A stretch of DNA of 64,000 bases. Source: Octopus vulgaris. Its lineage: Eukaryota. The notes beneath the pieces were generated by a model. It did no database searches. It was not told where the DNA came from and saw nothing but the letters and a program-made list of their open reading frames with translations. The stretch spans positions 28,582,001 through 28,646,000 of the forward strand of contig OX597842.1 in NCBI GenBank assembly GCA_951406725.2, written 5' to 3'. Position numbers and translations under genes: made by a program. This document shows, piece by piece, positions 1 to 13,823 of the stretch (its first letter is position 1; the number at the start of each line of letters is the position of its first letter).

Positions 1-744
1 ATGGGTCGTCATGCTTCACCCCTCTCTCTCTCTCACACTCTAATGACACTGTAATCTAACTTCATTAATTAATCATCATAATTATTGTTGTTGTTGTTGT
101 TACCTGACTGGATTCTTTACTTCATCTCATCCTTCGTTACCTCAACGTTACAGGTTCAAATCCTCTCCCTTCTTCCTTTCATTCCATGTAAAACACCTCA
201 CCCCCCCCTCTCTTGAAATTTTCCTCTTTCCTCTGGCCCTGGGCTAAATGCAGAATCATCCCCTTACTTTGATCCGTTTGTGTTCCAAGTTCAACTCCTG
301 GGCTCAAAATCTGTACCAGTAATATCCAGGGGTTCATTTAATAAATTGTCCTCCCTCTTTACTCCTGTTCTTGTGTCTGATTACTGTTGGAAAATATTCA
401 GATAAAATTTACAAGTGTTGATATCTGGACGGTTTCCTAGTCTTCTGATTGTTTACGGAATATGTGGTGTAATTTTTAATTATGTATCTTATGCAAATAA
501 CCTACATCTTCTTTACACTGGTTATGGTAAATCTGGGTTTTGAGTTTATACCCTTCTTATAAATTTTATCTGAATATTTTCCAACCTTTGCCTTTTATTA
601 ACCCTTACGTCTTTCTACCCTTTTAGGCCCCTCTTTTTTGTATATTACTAACTACCCTTCCGACCCCTTTCGTTGTATTAACAATTAATATTATCTTAAT
701 TTTAATGATTCTTAATACTATTTTAGTTAACAGTATGTATGTGT

Positions 745-2151
745 ATGTTGTTGGCATCGTTTTTGTCTCGGGAGACAATGGAGTTGCGCATAAAATAGTC
801 CAGTCCGACTTTTACATTTCATGTCCTGACACATTTCCTGCTGTGGCTGTGTAGTTCTATCCTGGACAAACACTCCCTCTGGCAGGTACCGCAAATGTAG
901 CGAAGACTGTTCCTGGCTGGTTGTAATGTCATAGTTTCTTGTTGACGTCTTTTCTTGTCTTTCCATTTCTCCTCTCTCTCTCTGTCACTCCTTTGTATTC
1001 CCTCTTTTACGGTACGTCCCCAATCTCCACGGTTGCTGGCAATTGCTTCCCAACTGCTAATATTGATGTTGCAGGGCTTCATGTCCCTTTTGCAAACATC
1101 CTTGTAACGTAAGAACCGTCTACCCACAGACCTAGTACCCCAAGCAAGCTCTCTATAGAGTATGTCCTTGGGGATTCTGCCATCTTTCATACGGCTAACA
1201 TGCCCAAGCCATCTCATACGTCTTTGTGTGAGGAGTGCAAACATGCTTGGTATTCCTGCTTGCTTGAGGACATCTTTGTTGGGGATATGATTCTGCCATT
1301 TGATGCGGAGGATTTTCCGGAGGCAGCGCAGGTGAAAGATGTTTAGGCGACGCTCTTGGCGTGTGTATAGCGTCCAAGTCTCACTTCCATACAGTAGAGT
1401 GCTAAGTACACATGCCTGGTAGATCTTCATTTTCATGGTCTTGGTCAGCTTATTGTTGTCCCATGCCCGTTTGGAGAGTTGGGCCATCGCAGCAGCTGCC
1501 TTGCCAATGCGTATATTGAGCTCAGCGTCAAGGGATAGGTTGTAGGTGACGGTAAAGCCAAGATAGGTAAACTTCTCCACCTCCTGTAATCTGTGGTCTC
1601 CAATATGTATGTTTGGGATGTCCAGTGTAGCCTGACCCATGATGTTGGTCTTCTTAAGGCTGATAGCTAAGCCAAAGTTGTTACATGCTTGCTCAAAACA
1701 GTTAATGAGCCTTTGGAGGGCTTCTTCTGTGTGTGATACCAGAGCGGCATCATCAGCAAATAGCATCTCCTTGATCAGGACGTTTCTGATTTTGGTCTTG
1801 GCACGCAGGCGCGAGAGATTGAACAGTTTCCCGTCACTTCTACTGTGCAGAAACACTCCATCATCTGATGTCTGAAAGGCATGTGAGAGCAAGAGCGAGA
1901 AGAAAATGCCAAATAATGTAGGAGCGAGGACACAACCTTGCTTTACCCTGTTTTTCAATTGGAAGGCGGCTGATGTTGAACCATTGTGCTGTATGGTGCC
2001 TTGCATATCATCATGGAAAGACTTGATGATCCTCAGCAGCTTTGGTGGACATCCGATTTTTGGAGCAGGATGAAGAGGCCTTTTTTACTAACGAGTCAAA
2101 GGCCTTTGTTAGATCAATGAAGGCCATATATAGTGGCATTTTCTGCTCTCT
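745..2151 (-). mobile_element. 5'-truncated RTE-clade LINE (RT C-terminal half, C-terminal zinc finger, short 3' UTR)
   Basis: ORF 819-2006 has RT motifs (VKQGCVLAPTLF, LFADD, FTYLG, LLYGSETW) and a terminal CxxC...HxxxC-type finger (YICGTCQRECLSRIELHSHSRKC). Upstream 2040-2150 still encodes FIDLTKAFD across small frameshifts. Confidence 0.93.
819..2006 (-). pseudogene. LINE reverse transcriptase fragment (395 aa open)
   Basis: ORF track translation; lacks the endonuclease and the RT N-terminus. Confidence 0.9.
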
Positions 2152-2209
2152 GTGTGTATGTATATATATACATATATGTGTGCGTGGTTGTTTTCGGGTA
2201 TATGTATTT

Positions 2210-2610
2210 CTCTTTACTCTCTTTTACTTGTTTCAGTCATTTGACTACGGCCATGCTGGAGCACCGCCTTTAGTCGAGCAAATCGCCCCCGGGACTTATT
2301 CTTTGTAAGCCCAGTACTTATTCTATCGGTCTCTTTTGCCGAACCGCTAAGTGACGGGGACGTAAACACGCCAACATTGGTTGTCAAGCAATGCTAGGGG
2401 GACAAACACAGACACAGAAACACACACATACATATATATATATACATATATACGACAGACTTCTTTCAGTTTCCGTCTACCAAATCCACTCACAAGGCAT
2501 TGGTCGGCCCGGGGCTATAGTAGAAGATACTTGCCCAAGATGCCACGCAGTGGGACTGAACCTGGAACCATGTGGTTGGTTAGCAAGCTACTTACCACAC
2601 AGCCACTCCT
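2210..2610 (-). mobile_element. Dominant tRNA-derived SINE with internal (TA/CA)n tract
   Basis: Head aggagtggctgtgtggtaag...ggttcagtccc (A/B-box-like) and tail ggcggtgctccagcatggcc...ctgaaacaagtaaaagag. Related copies lie at ~29850, 32525, 33770-35512, 49030-52130, 57960, 58360, 59260 and 60240. Confidence 0.85.
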
Positions 2611-2624
2611 GCGTCTATTTGTTG

Positions 2625-2656
<32 letters not shown>

Positions 2657-3169
2657 ATATATATATAGATCTATATGTACGTAGTTATATATGTAAGCAT
2701 GTATATATGTAAGCATGTATGTGTGTATGTAAGCTTGTATTTTCTGTTTTTTGGTTTATCTGTGTATATATGTGTAAGCGCACATATACGTGTGTATGTA
2801 TGTAAGTGTATCTTAATAAACCAACCGTAACGAAGACAATTGAAATTCAAATGTTCCAGTCAATCCTATTGAGCTTTCAATCTTAAATTATTTCTAAACT
2901 TACTACTTAATATATATCACCGTCAAAAGTCTGACTTGTATGCGTTTATATGCATGTACACTTCTGGATTTTGCTATGATGTAAATCAATATTTTTCATT
3001 TTATATGTATTTGCTGATCTATAATGTTTTGCATTGTACTGTATTATTATTGTTGTTATTGTTATTATGTTGCTATTTCACTATATTATGCTGTTGATTT
3101 TTTCCATCTAATATGTACTGTGAACCGCATGATGCACATAGTTTTACTGGTATTATTATTATTATTATT

Positions 3170-3200
<31 letters not shown>

Positions 3201-3519
3201 ATAGTGATGGTAATAGTAATGATAATAATGGTAATATTAATGGCATTTTGTAACTTAATATAATGAACTCTTGACTTTGTATATGTACATTTGCATATGG
3301 ATATGTGTATGTTTGTATATTGTAATATTCTAATATATTGATTTGACTAAATGTAACCTTGTATATATGTATGTATATTATTATGTATATACGTGTATAT
3401 ATATATAGGAGCATGGGTATATGCACTTATATGTATGTGTTTATTATATATTATGTGTATGTACCCATTCTTGTATGGGTGTACCTTCTCTGATATTCAT
3501 ATTTAGATTGTACTTTATA

Positions 3520-3646
3520 ATCTCTGAAGAGGCCTTGGGATATATTTGTATGTGTCTCATTTATAACCACATATTAATTTATCACACCTGGCTAATATGA
3601 GCATAATGAGATACTCATATCTACATGGCTGAAACAGCTGTAAGAT
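3520..3646 (+). ncRNA. Minimal type I hammerhead ribozyme motif (Penelope-like-element type)
   Basis: Stem I atct (3520-23)/agat (3643-46); core CTGAAGA 3524-30; stem II GGCC (3531-34)/GGCT (3627-30); GAAA 3631-34; palindromic stem III ACAGCTGT; cleavage triplet GTA 3640-42. Confidence 0.65.
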
Positions 3647-3842
3647 GTAGTTTATATTTATATTTATATTTATTTATACATATTGTACTTATTGTATCAT
3701 ATTACTCTTTGATGTGCATTGTTTTGTTCTGTACTATTATGTTTGACCTTGATGTTCATATGTAGTTGGTTAATAAATTATGTGATTGGGTATTATCTGG
3801 TAGTTGATTATTGATTAAGGTGTATTTCTCCATTTTCTTATT

Positions 3843-3947
3843 TTGTATATATATATATGTATGTATATGTATTTCTTTACTACCCGCAAGGGGCTATATG
3901 TATGTATATGTGTATATATATATATATATATGTGTGTATGTATGTAT

Positions 3948-4013
<66 letters not shown>

Positions 4014-4130
4014 GTGTATATATATATGTATGTGTGTATATATATATGTATGTTTGTATATATATATATGTATGTATGTATATATATATATATACATACA
4101 CACACGTATAATATGTATTTGTGTGTATGT
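3843..4130. repeat. (TA)n/(TATG)n compound microsatellite
   Basis: Seen directly. Confidence 0.95.
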
Positions 4131-4229
4131 AATTATTGATGTAATTAGGTTATAATGACCCAATTACATTTGTTTTAATTAATCTGATTATAATTATTTT
4201 TTTTCCTTTCCTCTTTCTATAACTTTCAG

Positions 4230-4266
4230 TCAACGCTATGATGTGGTGGCTTCAATGCTGGTCCAG
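4230..4266 (+). CDS. ANK-RING-death domain gene, internal exon (xQRYDVVASMLVQ)
   Basis: Pyrimidine tract + ttcag acceptor and CAG|gttagt donor. Ends in phase 0, matching the next exon; looks like an ankyrin second helix. Confidence 0.6.
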
Positions 4267-5129
4267 GTTAGTTAACAAATACATAATTATATCCTGTCTT
4301 TAATATTCAATATTAAATATCATCAAAATACCAGTGAAATTCTGGTGGGTAGGTTTAATCAACTTCACTGCAGCAGCCTTCAAACGGCAGGTCTTGGGTC
4401 TGTGAAGAATAATTATATTGGTGATAACAATGATGACAGTAGTAGTGGTGTTGACAGTCCAACTGACCACCACTGCTGACAGTACTATCTTCAATGGTCA
4501 GACAAAACAAGGTCATTATGAATTCAACCCATATATATCAGATTATATATACTATCATCATCATCATCATCTTTTAATATCGCTCTGTCATGTTGTATGT
4601 GCGTGTGATATGTTATATATGTACATTGTTGGTGTCGGCATTTTATCTTGTGTCCAATAATTTATTTGGCTTCTTTTGGCTACTTTTTCCCCTCTGTACA
4701 TATGTATAAATGTCTATGTATGTGTGTTATATATATATATATATGTATCATCATATGTATCAATATATATTTATATATATATATGTATGTTATGTTTATG
4801 TACACACAGAGTTATTCGTACCAGACACATTGCATGCTGAGATTATGCAGCAGAGAAAAGTTAAAAGTCCTTGTCCCCAGCAACAAAGCTAAATGAGGGT
4901 ACGCTGCACTCAGTCCCTATTGCTTCGTTAATCCATTACCATCAATACATGATGAATCAACTTCCCTTGTCCTCTCCCTACCTAATTCAACGGATTAACT
5001 ACCCTTACTGTATTTGTCTACCTAACTTATTTACCTGTATTTGTATTAACATTGCATTGCATGAATGCCAGGATGCGGCACCCTCCACTGCTGGTGGTGA
5101 CAATACCTGATTAACTCCTATTTACAGGT

Positions 5130-6210
5130 GTCCATAAACAACCTTTTCAGATGCTGATAGCTGCAGTCAATGTAGGCACAGCAACAATCATCTCGTCCTA
5201 TGCGCTCCTCCCCACACACACACAGACAACTGGGTCTGCCAAATGAACTGAAGGGCTACTTCTATGACACTCTTCTGCTGGCCACTTCAAAGATAAATGA
5301 CTGTGACCTTATCTTCGTGGCCAGTGATTTCAATGGTTATGTTAGGCAGCACCGAGGTATCTTCCATGGGGGACGCAGATTTGGTTCCTGAAATGAGGGG
5401 AGTGCAAGGCTACTGGAGTTCTGTGGTGCAAATGACCAAATAATCGCAACACTTGCTTCAGAAAGCCGGCCAGCCACTTGATAACCTATAAATCCAAGGT
5501 ACATGCTCACCAAACTGACTACATTCTCACCCAAAAGCAGGATTCATGGCTGCTCATAAATGCAAAGGCCTTCAATAGAGAAGAATGTAGCCCACAGCAT
5601 AGGTTACTCATTAGGGAGTTCAAGCTACTGGCTTGAAGGATTCCAAGAAGCAAGCCAGTTTGGAAAAGAAGAGTATGGAAGCTGAAGGACCCTTCAATTA
5701 GTCAGAAGTTTAGTGATGTCCTAAATGAAGCATATAATGGGAAGGAGGAGGAATTTCAGACTTGCAGCATTGAGGATAAGTGGAAGTTCCAATGGGACAA
5801 CTTGCTGAGAGTTTCAGACCAAATTTGTGGCTGGTGCAATGTCCCAGCCAGGCGTAGGGTGATGTGGTGGTGGAAAAGGGTAATTGACAGGGACAAGGAT
5901 GGGAAGGGTGGTGGCAGCTGGGAGTTGTATCTGGCAGTTAGAAAGGAAGCTAGGAAGCAGGTATACTCATCCATGAGTGAAGCAGAAAGGAAGAAGTTTG
6001 CCCATGTCTTGCAATGTGAGGACCAGAGATTTGAAGTGTTTTGGCTTACCAAGGAAAATTGTGATGTTGTGGGAGAGGAGTGTGTTCACATGGATGATGG
6101 CTCCGTTGCAGTTAGTGACTCTGCAAAGAAATAGGCTTGAAAGTGCCACTATGAAAGGCTCCTAAATGTAGAGAACGCGTGAGAGAAGGAGAGGCTGTCT
6201 AAAGTGGATC
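5130..6210 (+). mobile_element. Decayed LINE fragment (APE endonuclease end and linker, RTE-like)
   Basis: Broken frames encode DLIFVASDFNGYV (GDFN motif) and ICGW...WWW linker motifs; many stops. Confidence 0.7.
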
Positions 6211-6915
6211 CAAGAGATCTGTTTGTTTTTTTAGTTGTTCGAAGAAAAGTTCATTTCTATGTTTTCGTTTCTCATTGTGTTCGGTTTTTTTATGTCTTGT
6301 ACCCATATATGCATGTATATATATACATATATATATATATGTAGGTATGTACATATATTTATGTATATATGCATATATTTATATATTATATATATATATA
6401 TATTTTCAGTGGCAATTTTGATTGTTATATGAATGTGTGTGTGTGTGTATATATGTGTGTGTGTGTGTGCATGTTACATCCATAACGTTAATATATTTAT
6501 ACATCTATATGTACAGTGATGTAAGGATGTGGACACTAACCAACTCCCCCGTTTTATGGATCCCTTATTAACATAGCAACATGAAAGGCTTACATTAAGT
6601 ATATAATTCGTCTTTACTAGACTTGATCTGCTAATTATATTTTCACTCTTGTTCTAGTCCCCTAAAACATACTATATAGTGAGGGATAAATGAAGATGAG
6701 GCTGAAACAATCTGTTTATGACATCTTAATAGATTTATCATGTCCCTAACAAATATCCATTGCGTGTTATAGAGGGACCTTACAGAAGGTTGACTACACT
6801 AACAAACATCAAATGTACATGATCAGGTTGATCAAGTACCCAGTAGAAGACAGCAATGACACATCCACCCTAATTTTCATGTACATTTTCAATTTCTATT
6901 TTTACTTCCACAAAG

Positions 6916-7125
6916 GATTCAGTGAAACTGGAAATTGCGAACAATCATAAAAGAACACCCTTACTGGAAGCCGTGTCTGAAGCGCACATCGGAATAGTCC
7001 ACAAACTTACAACATGCGGTGCAAACATAAATGCCGTCGACAAGGATGGCAATAATTGTTTGCATATTGCAGCAGAGAAAGAGGAATTTCATTCTGAAAA
7101 GGAACATATTCCCATTTTAGATGAG
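6916..7125 (+). CDS. ANK-RING-death domain gene, ankyrin-repeat exon
   Basis: aag|GAT TCA GTG...GAT GAG|gtaag; encodes RTPLLEAVSEAHIGIVHKLTTCGANINAVDKDGNNCLHIAA (ankyrin consensus). Confidence 0.92.
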
Positions 7126-7916
7126 GTAAGTTTTTAAAATTGTTTGTGAATGTGTGTGTGGTTGGCGTTAGGAAGGGCATCCAACCACAGAAACCATGCC
7201 AAAACTGGCAATTGGACCCTGAGCTGCTCTGCAGTTGGCCAGCCCTTGCTGAACCATTGAACCCACACCAGCATGGAAAATGGACATTAAATGATGATGA
7301 GGAGGATGAGTAGAAGTGTGAGCTTGTGTGTGTGTGTGTGTGTAAGATAAAGAGAGAGAAATAGAGAAACGGGCAGACATTGCTTGCCATGTCTATTCAC
7401 TCCCATCCACCTCTCTTCCATTAGTATTAAGTAATCCAGTCAATCCAGATAACCCTAGTTATATTATGTAACTAACTATATTCCATCTCCTTTCACCCTC
7501 GAAGGCATGCTCTCTCCCCTGTAAAGGAGGTAACCCATCTTGTTGGCTATATAAACACAGCCATCACAGTGTGAAGGAAAGGTGACCAATGACAAAGAGG
7601 AGACATTCCCAAATAACAATGAAACAGGGAGGAGGAGAGGTCTGTGGGACATGATAGACGATAACCTTTATAATGCTGGTGCCATGATAAATGCATCCAG
7701 ACCATTCTGGAAGAATTCTTCCCGAAACGACTCTTTATCACACATCTTGCACACAATGTGTATCCACTGGTTTCCTGTAGACATGTCATCACAATGTTGA
7801 ATGTTAGAACACTAGAGAATGGATACAATGAACGAAGGTCCTTGGTGTGTTTTCCTGTATGTAGGTTGTGTATGTTCAACTACATATTTATCAGTCTCTC
7901 TCTCTCTCTCTCTTTC

Positions 7917-7947
<31 letters not shown>

Positions 7948-8904
7948 CTAAACAAATGCATCAACATGTATCCATAGGGAGATCTGATGGTATATATTGT
8001 CTACTGTTTCAGAATTCAATCGACTCTTTGATTCCCGTATAAATAAAGGTCACTACTGATGTGTGACTCTATTTCAGACATTTGATGATCATATGTAAAT
8101 TGTAGTAATGTCTACTTTGGTGAGAAGAAGCCACTCTTGCAGTCAGCTACCCACCCAACTGGAATTGTCTAACAGTTTGAGCAGTTTATTAACTATAATG
8201 TGTTGGTGTGCTGCCTCAACTGTGACACTAATTCTTACTTCCTTTACTTCACCTTCATTATCCAAAGAGGTTTCTTTATTAATTATGGAAACGTTGTTAT
8301 TTTTGGATATGTCTGTGTGGTGTTGCTTTTGTTGTTCTGTCTGTTCTAAGTATTCTCAGTTCTCATGTAACTTGTTTGCTGTCACGTTGTTGTGTTATAT
8401 TTATATATACAATACTCCTCCATATTTCTTGTGTGATGGCCATTTATGGATTCACCAAGCTAGTTGAATAGATAGGTTGTTGTTAGTTTGTTGTGTTCTA
8501 ATATTTGTGATGTTTGTTCCATTATATTCCATATATTTGACCTGATGCTATGATTTGGTTTTAAATTGTTTTTTATTGAATATCTTGTGATATTTGTGAT
8601 TGGCAAATGATTATTTACGCATTAATTACCAATAAACTTGATGTTAATCAGTAATGTTTGTTCTGTTTAATATAATGACCATATATATAAAATATGTCAT
8701 AATGTTGAGAATAGACTAAAAACAAATGAAAATGGGAAATGGATTCAATTAGAGATGATGTCGGAACTTAATATTGTGCAATCAGTTTAAGCGCTGGAGA
8801 TACAAACTATTTGTATACGTAGTTGAACTGTTGTGTAATTTGGGTATCTACGAAGTATATTTGTGAAATATTGTAATCATCATTTTATACTTTGTCATTT
8901 GTAG

Positions 8905-9083
8905 TGCTGTGCTAAGCTTGGGTTGTCAACCGAACAGAGGCTCTCTAATGTAGGAGTCGCTTACTATCTAGCCCACCAGGGGGCCAACTTGTACAGGAAA
9001 AATAATGAGAATGTAGCTCTATTGGACCTCATTGGGGATGCAGATTTGAAAGAAAAATTTAAAGTATTATTCCCCCCACAAAA
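8905..9083 (+). CDS. ANK-RING-death domain gene, last ankyrin-like exon (Mind-bomb-like)
   Basis: tttgtag|TGC...CAA AA|gtaagt, phase 0 to 2; CCAKLGLSTEQRLSNVGVAYYLAHQGANLYRKNNENVALLDLIGDADLKEKF resembles the pre-RING segment of MIB proteins. Confidence 0.85.
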
Positions 9084-10379
9084 GTAAGTATTCGTTGGCA
9101 GTGACAGTTTATTTTCTATTTTGTATATAATCATGTTTATGTTTGTTTAATTTTCATTCTACCAATACATTATACTGCCATAGTGTCTTGATCAAAGGCC
9201 ACACAACAATAGTATGAAGAACAATAAACAAAATGCAGTTGTTATGTGATCCAATGAAGAGCACTGTTTTGGTTGGTAGTTGTACCTCACTGTCTACCAC
9301 CACCCATCTACCTTTCTTAGTTCCCTATTTTAAAGATTTGTGACCAATAAAAAAATGTAGAACTAAACAGTGAAGTGAATGAACAGATTTTGAAGTTGTT
9401 ACATAAAAACAAATGGAATTAATCTGTCTACCAACATGTTCTCTCTCTTCTCTGTTCCAATCAGTTCATTATTATGAAAGGTTTCGTAAGAAAATAAACT
9501 ACACACCCAAACAGTGTGTGTATATATATCATCAACATCATTATCATCATTGCTTAACGTCCGTTTCCATCCTGGCATGAGTTGGATGGTTTGAAAGGGA
9601 GCCCGCCAGAAGTCTACACCAAACTTCTGTCTGTTTTGGCATGCCCAGCAGAGTGGACTGAGTAACACCAGCGCAGGCAAGGCCAGTTTTGGAATGGTTT
9701 TTACAGCTGGATGTCCTTCCAAATGCCAGCCATTTTACAGTGTGGACTGGATGCTTTTTATGTGGCCCCAGCACTGGCAGGGTCACCAAGTGTATATATA
9801 CACACACACACACACATATTTCTGTTAATATTGCTAGAACACTGACACACATCTTCACAGAATAAAATTGCCAGGAAACATAAATCGTTCTGGTAACACC
9901 TATACCATTCTTAGTCTTTTAGGCTTCTTGGTCACATTAGACTCCTGTATTTCATAAGTTTTAGCTGTTACTTTGCCATATATTTGTTAGCTGCTGATGA
10001 ACAAGACACATTATTCTCTGTGAGAATATGCATAACTTTCTTTGTCTGTTGAAATTCAGATATTGTCTTTAGATGTTGATTTCTGAACTGTATAAATATA
10101 GCTCTGTTTTATCCGATAGACAAGCATTGGTTGGACTTATTTATTAGCAAATAATCTTTTATGCAAGTATTGTAATGACATAATGTATACAGAGCTGAGG
10201 TGTACTACAACTTACTGGGAAAGGGTAAAAGAGGGGATGGAAAGCAGTGCTTAGTCAAGTAAAGAAAGACCGTTATGAAAGCTAGGAGTAAATGCACGAT
10301 ACATAGAATAAAACACAAAAAACAGAAAGGCTAACAGTAAAAGAGGCATAAAAAGGTACATCAGGAGTCTAGTGGTCTA

Positions 10380-10726
10380 TGTAGCTAAATAGTTGAATGA
10401 TCTCCCTTGCAAGAAAGCCTATAGAGTAACCTCCCTTCACTAAGTTTCTCACAGCATCTGTGTCATAAGATGTGATTCTTAATTATTCAAGTATCTTAGC
10501 GTTTCTCTTGGAAGTTTCTAGAATATCTAGCATTCCATTCATAAAAACAGCTTGCTAACCCTGCTCTTTGCTTCTTAGTCGATTAGACTTAGAGCCATTC
10601 ACGTCATTGCTATGTCCGTCTGTTTCTCTACGTCACATGGCTGAAAACCACCACTTGGCTATTATTTCTATATTTCCTATCTCTGAACTTTCTTGTATAG
10701 ATTATTTCGTTCAACTAGATGCTACA
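10380..10726 (+). mobile_element. Candidate solo LTR (or small TIR element) with heat-shock element and TATA-like box
   Basis: TGTAGC...GCTACA ends within an imperfect ~22-bp inverted repeat; GAAgtTTCtaGAA at 10511-10523; cataaaaa at ~10540. Confidence 0.45.
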
Positions 10727-11229
10727 TATTAATTCTGTGTATCGTCATCGACCAGTAAATAAAATATATTTTTCCGTAGTAAATATATAGGTCTTGAATT
10801 TATTCTTCATCTCTTTATGAACTCTTGTAAATAACATACACGCAGCCACATCAACACCTTGTACTGGCTATATATCATCGGTAAGAAAAGAATATTTTGA
10901 AGGATGCCGTATCCTGACAGCTAACAGCTGACTCAGGTGGTTTGTTGTGTGCTTAAATAATTCTGAGTGAGATAAAGTATTTCGTAAAGTCATGGGTGCT
11001 GCACTGTTTTTTATTTTAATTTTATAAGAATGTCTGCTGCTGGCTGAGATTTTGAATTCTAAAATGTTGCTAAAGTTGTTGTTGGCAAGATTATGTATAA
11101 ACCTAAGGGATTATACCAGATTAGCTGCTAGACTTCAAAACTTTAGTGTGCTGATACCCAGAGAAACAATACATTCAGTATATGGTGACTAACAGAGAGC
11201 ATTTGCCTGGTTTGGTGATCAGATTGAAG

Positions 11230-13200
11230 CAAAGGTATATAGCATCTAATAAGATGTCAATACCCAGAGAAGCAATATATTCAAGATATGGTAACTAAGA
11301 GAGAGCATTTGCCTTGTTGTTCTTCTCTGAATAGATATTCTGGACAGGATGGGGATTCCAGATTGGAAATGTAAACTGTAAGTGTAGACGTATGATAGCC
11401 AGGCATAATTTTAAACTGATAACTTGATAAATTGACGGGCAGAGGTTTTACTGAGCAATACTTTGATATTTCTGATGATTTTTAGAAATGTGGTTCATGC
11501 ATTGCACATCGTTGTTGACATTAATGTCACAGTCAAGTTCACCTGCAGACTTTTGAAGTTTGCTGTTCTGGAGAGAGTTGGTAAATTTTGGAATTTTCAT
11601 TCCAAAGTGTATAGTGGTGCACCATTCTATGGCCAGCTTGAGTTTGCAATCAGCAGTGCATTGCTGCATTGTATCCAGGTCAGATTGAAGAAAGGATCTA
11701 TAGCAGATAGTTGGCATGTATTTAGCTGATACATAGAAGGAGCAAGAGAAAACCAAGAGTAGTTCCTTGTAGGTCTTCTGTGTTAGGTGCAGAATGTTAG
11801 CTTAGTGTTGTGACTCTGTCTTTTCAACTGAGAATGTAAGTATTTTAAGCAGTTATATAATTTAGTCCTCGCACCCATTCCAGACAGTTGTGCCGTAATT
11901 GATCACTGTGGCATGGAATTAAAGACTTTGGTGAAGTTGATAGAGATAATATCCACCCATGAACCACCATCTGTGAAGAAATTCAATGCAGCAACAGTTA
12001 GGGATAAATCGAAATGGTTGGAGTTTGAATAAGCTTATGAGGGTTCCAGATGTTCCAAAATGTCTTCCTGTAGATCCATTAATTCTGTGAGACTGACTGG
12101 ATGGTAATCAACAGGGGATGTCTGGTCACTCCCTTTTTGAACGGGGGAGGATAATGGCAACTTTCCATTAAACTGGGCTAAGTGTGAATTAGAAGAGGAC
12201 AAAAAGCTGGTGCAGTAGAAAAAGGGTGCACCCTTTGAGAAGCAGATGAATAACACCACCAAGACAAGAGGAAGCATAATTGCACATATGCTTCAATTAG
12301 CATTGCGATATTGCAGAATTCAACAGGTTTTATGGAATTTGATCTCAGTAGCAGTGAAAACGGTACATTTGTCACTCCTTTAATATGGCAGGGTACCATG
12401 TTGCACCTTCTTCTTTTATCCCCTGTTCTTTTATCACGTCCAGCATCTCATCGATATTTCCTGGCAGTCTCTCACATATTCAGGCTTCTAAAACGTTTCT
12501 ATGGCACCGACACTTATTCATGAATTAAGGATGGATGTGCTGAAGGTTAGTCTTGACATCTCCAGAATTGTAAAGTCGAAGCCAGTCAGGGAACTATACC
12601 TTAGTACAGTCGGTGTTCCAGGAAAACGAAGCAGTTTGGTAGTTATGGTGGCTTTTCTTTCTATCCATTAGAAATACTTTTGCAAGATTGGAGTATGATC
12701 AGAGTCACCTAAGGGTTCATCACTATTGAGGCTGATAATTTCAGGAGCAGTGGTAAATATCAGATCGAAAGTGTTGTTACCTTTTAAGGGAGAGAGGACT
12801 ACTTGGGGTTAGTTTGAATTTAACATTAAATGAAGGAAATCTGTTGCATTTTGTGGCCAGTGAAAGATTTCCTAATCAATATTGGGTAATTGAAATCACA
12901 AGTATGAGAACATAGGTGACCATTTTCATAGATGCAGCTCTAAAAAGTTTCGAGGATGGTAAATGTTGATGTGCTTTTATGTCGCAGAAAAATTCCTCTT
13001 GTGACTGGTTTAAATCTTCACAAGCAATTTCTGAAAAGCTTGAGCAAGCATAGACCATCGCACCACCTCCAAGGTAATGAAAGAGGTCTTTGTGAAAGAA
13101 AATGTAGCCAGCCATGCTAAAAACACCATAGCACAGTAAAGAATGTGTCCAGGTTTAACAAATGAGATTGGAATCAGTACTTTTAACTTAGGAATCAAAA
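11230..13200 (-). mobile_element. Decayed CR1/Jockey-like LINE ORF2 remnant
   Basis: Fragments LQSDLDTMQQC...KCTTIHFG-like, VDYHPVSLT and GGGAMVY; multiple stops and frameshifts. Confidence 0.65.
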
Positions 13201-13823
13201 ATAGTGAACTTTATTGCATAAACTGTGGGTATTTTTAAACAATAATTTGTATCTCGATTTAAATCTGTCATGGTTCATGGAAGAGGATATCCTCAGACCA
13301 GTTTGCATCCCTTTTTCATCTGGTATTGAGTCATGATTTAAGGGACCTACAATATGTAACTTCAGGTGTGTATCAGGTGGTGAATGACGAAGAGCTCAAT
13401 TTATCACACCTGTCCTTATAAGAAGCTAAACAGTATGCACATAGCTCAGTAGAAGGTGAATCTAACTCGTTTGGGTTTTGATCCAATCAACTGAGGCAAA
13501 TAAAATTGTTTTGGAGGAACACATCTGAAGTTGATAAGATGTAGATCAATGAACATGGATTCACCTATAACAAGGGGCAGGTTTGTATGCAGGACAAACC
13601 TAGACTGAAGTGTTTTGCTAAAGAACTTTACACATTGCCTTGTCGAGGAATTGAAACCGCAATTTTACTCTATGAGTCCAAAAGCCTAACAATTTAGCCA
13701 TGCACCTCACTCTGGTCAGTCTGGTGTTTCATAATATTCTGTACTGTAAACATAAAACAAACATGTAATATTTGTTAGAAATGAATGTTATAGGTGGGAT
13801 GTGTTTTATGTTTTTTTCCACAG

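Noticed and set aside
100-720. Possible decayed Penelope RT/GIY-YIG remnant on the minus strand
   Set aside because: Only a faint LKTQIYH...YLH resemblance amid stops; not supportable without a profile search.
9990-10070. Second hammerhead-like motif (CTGATGA...GAAA)
   Set aside because: Stem II is imperfect and no stem I pairing follows the putative cleavage site. A similar decayed motif near 59000-59035 lacks an intact core.
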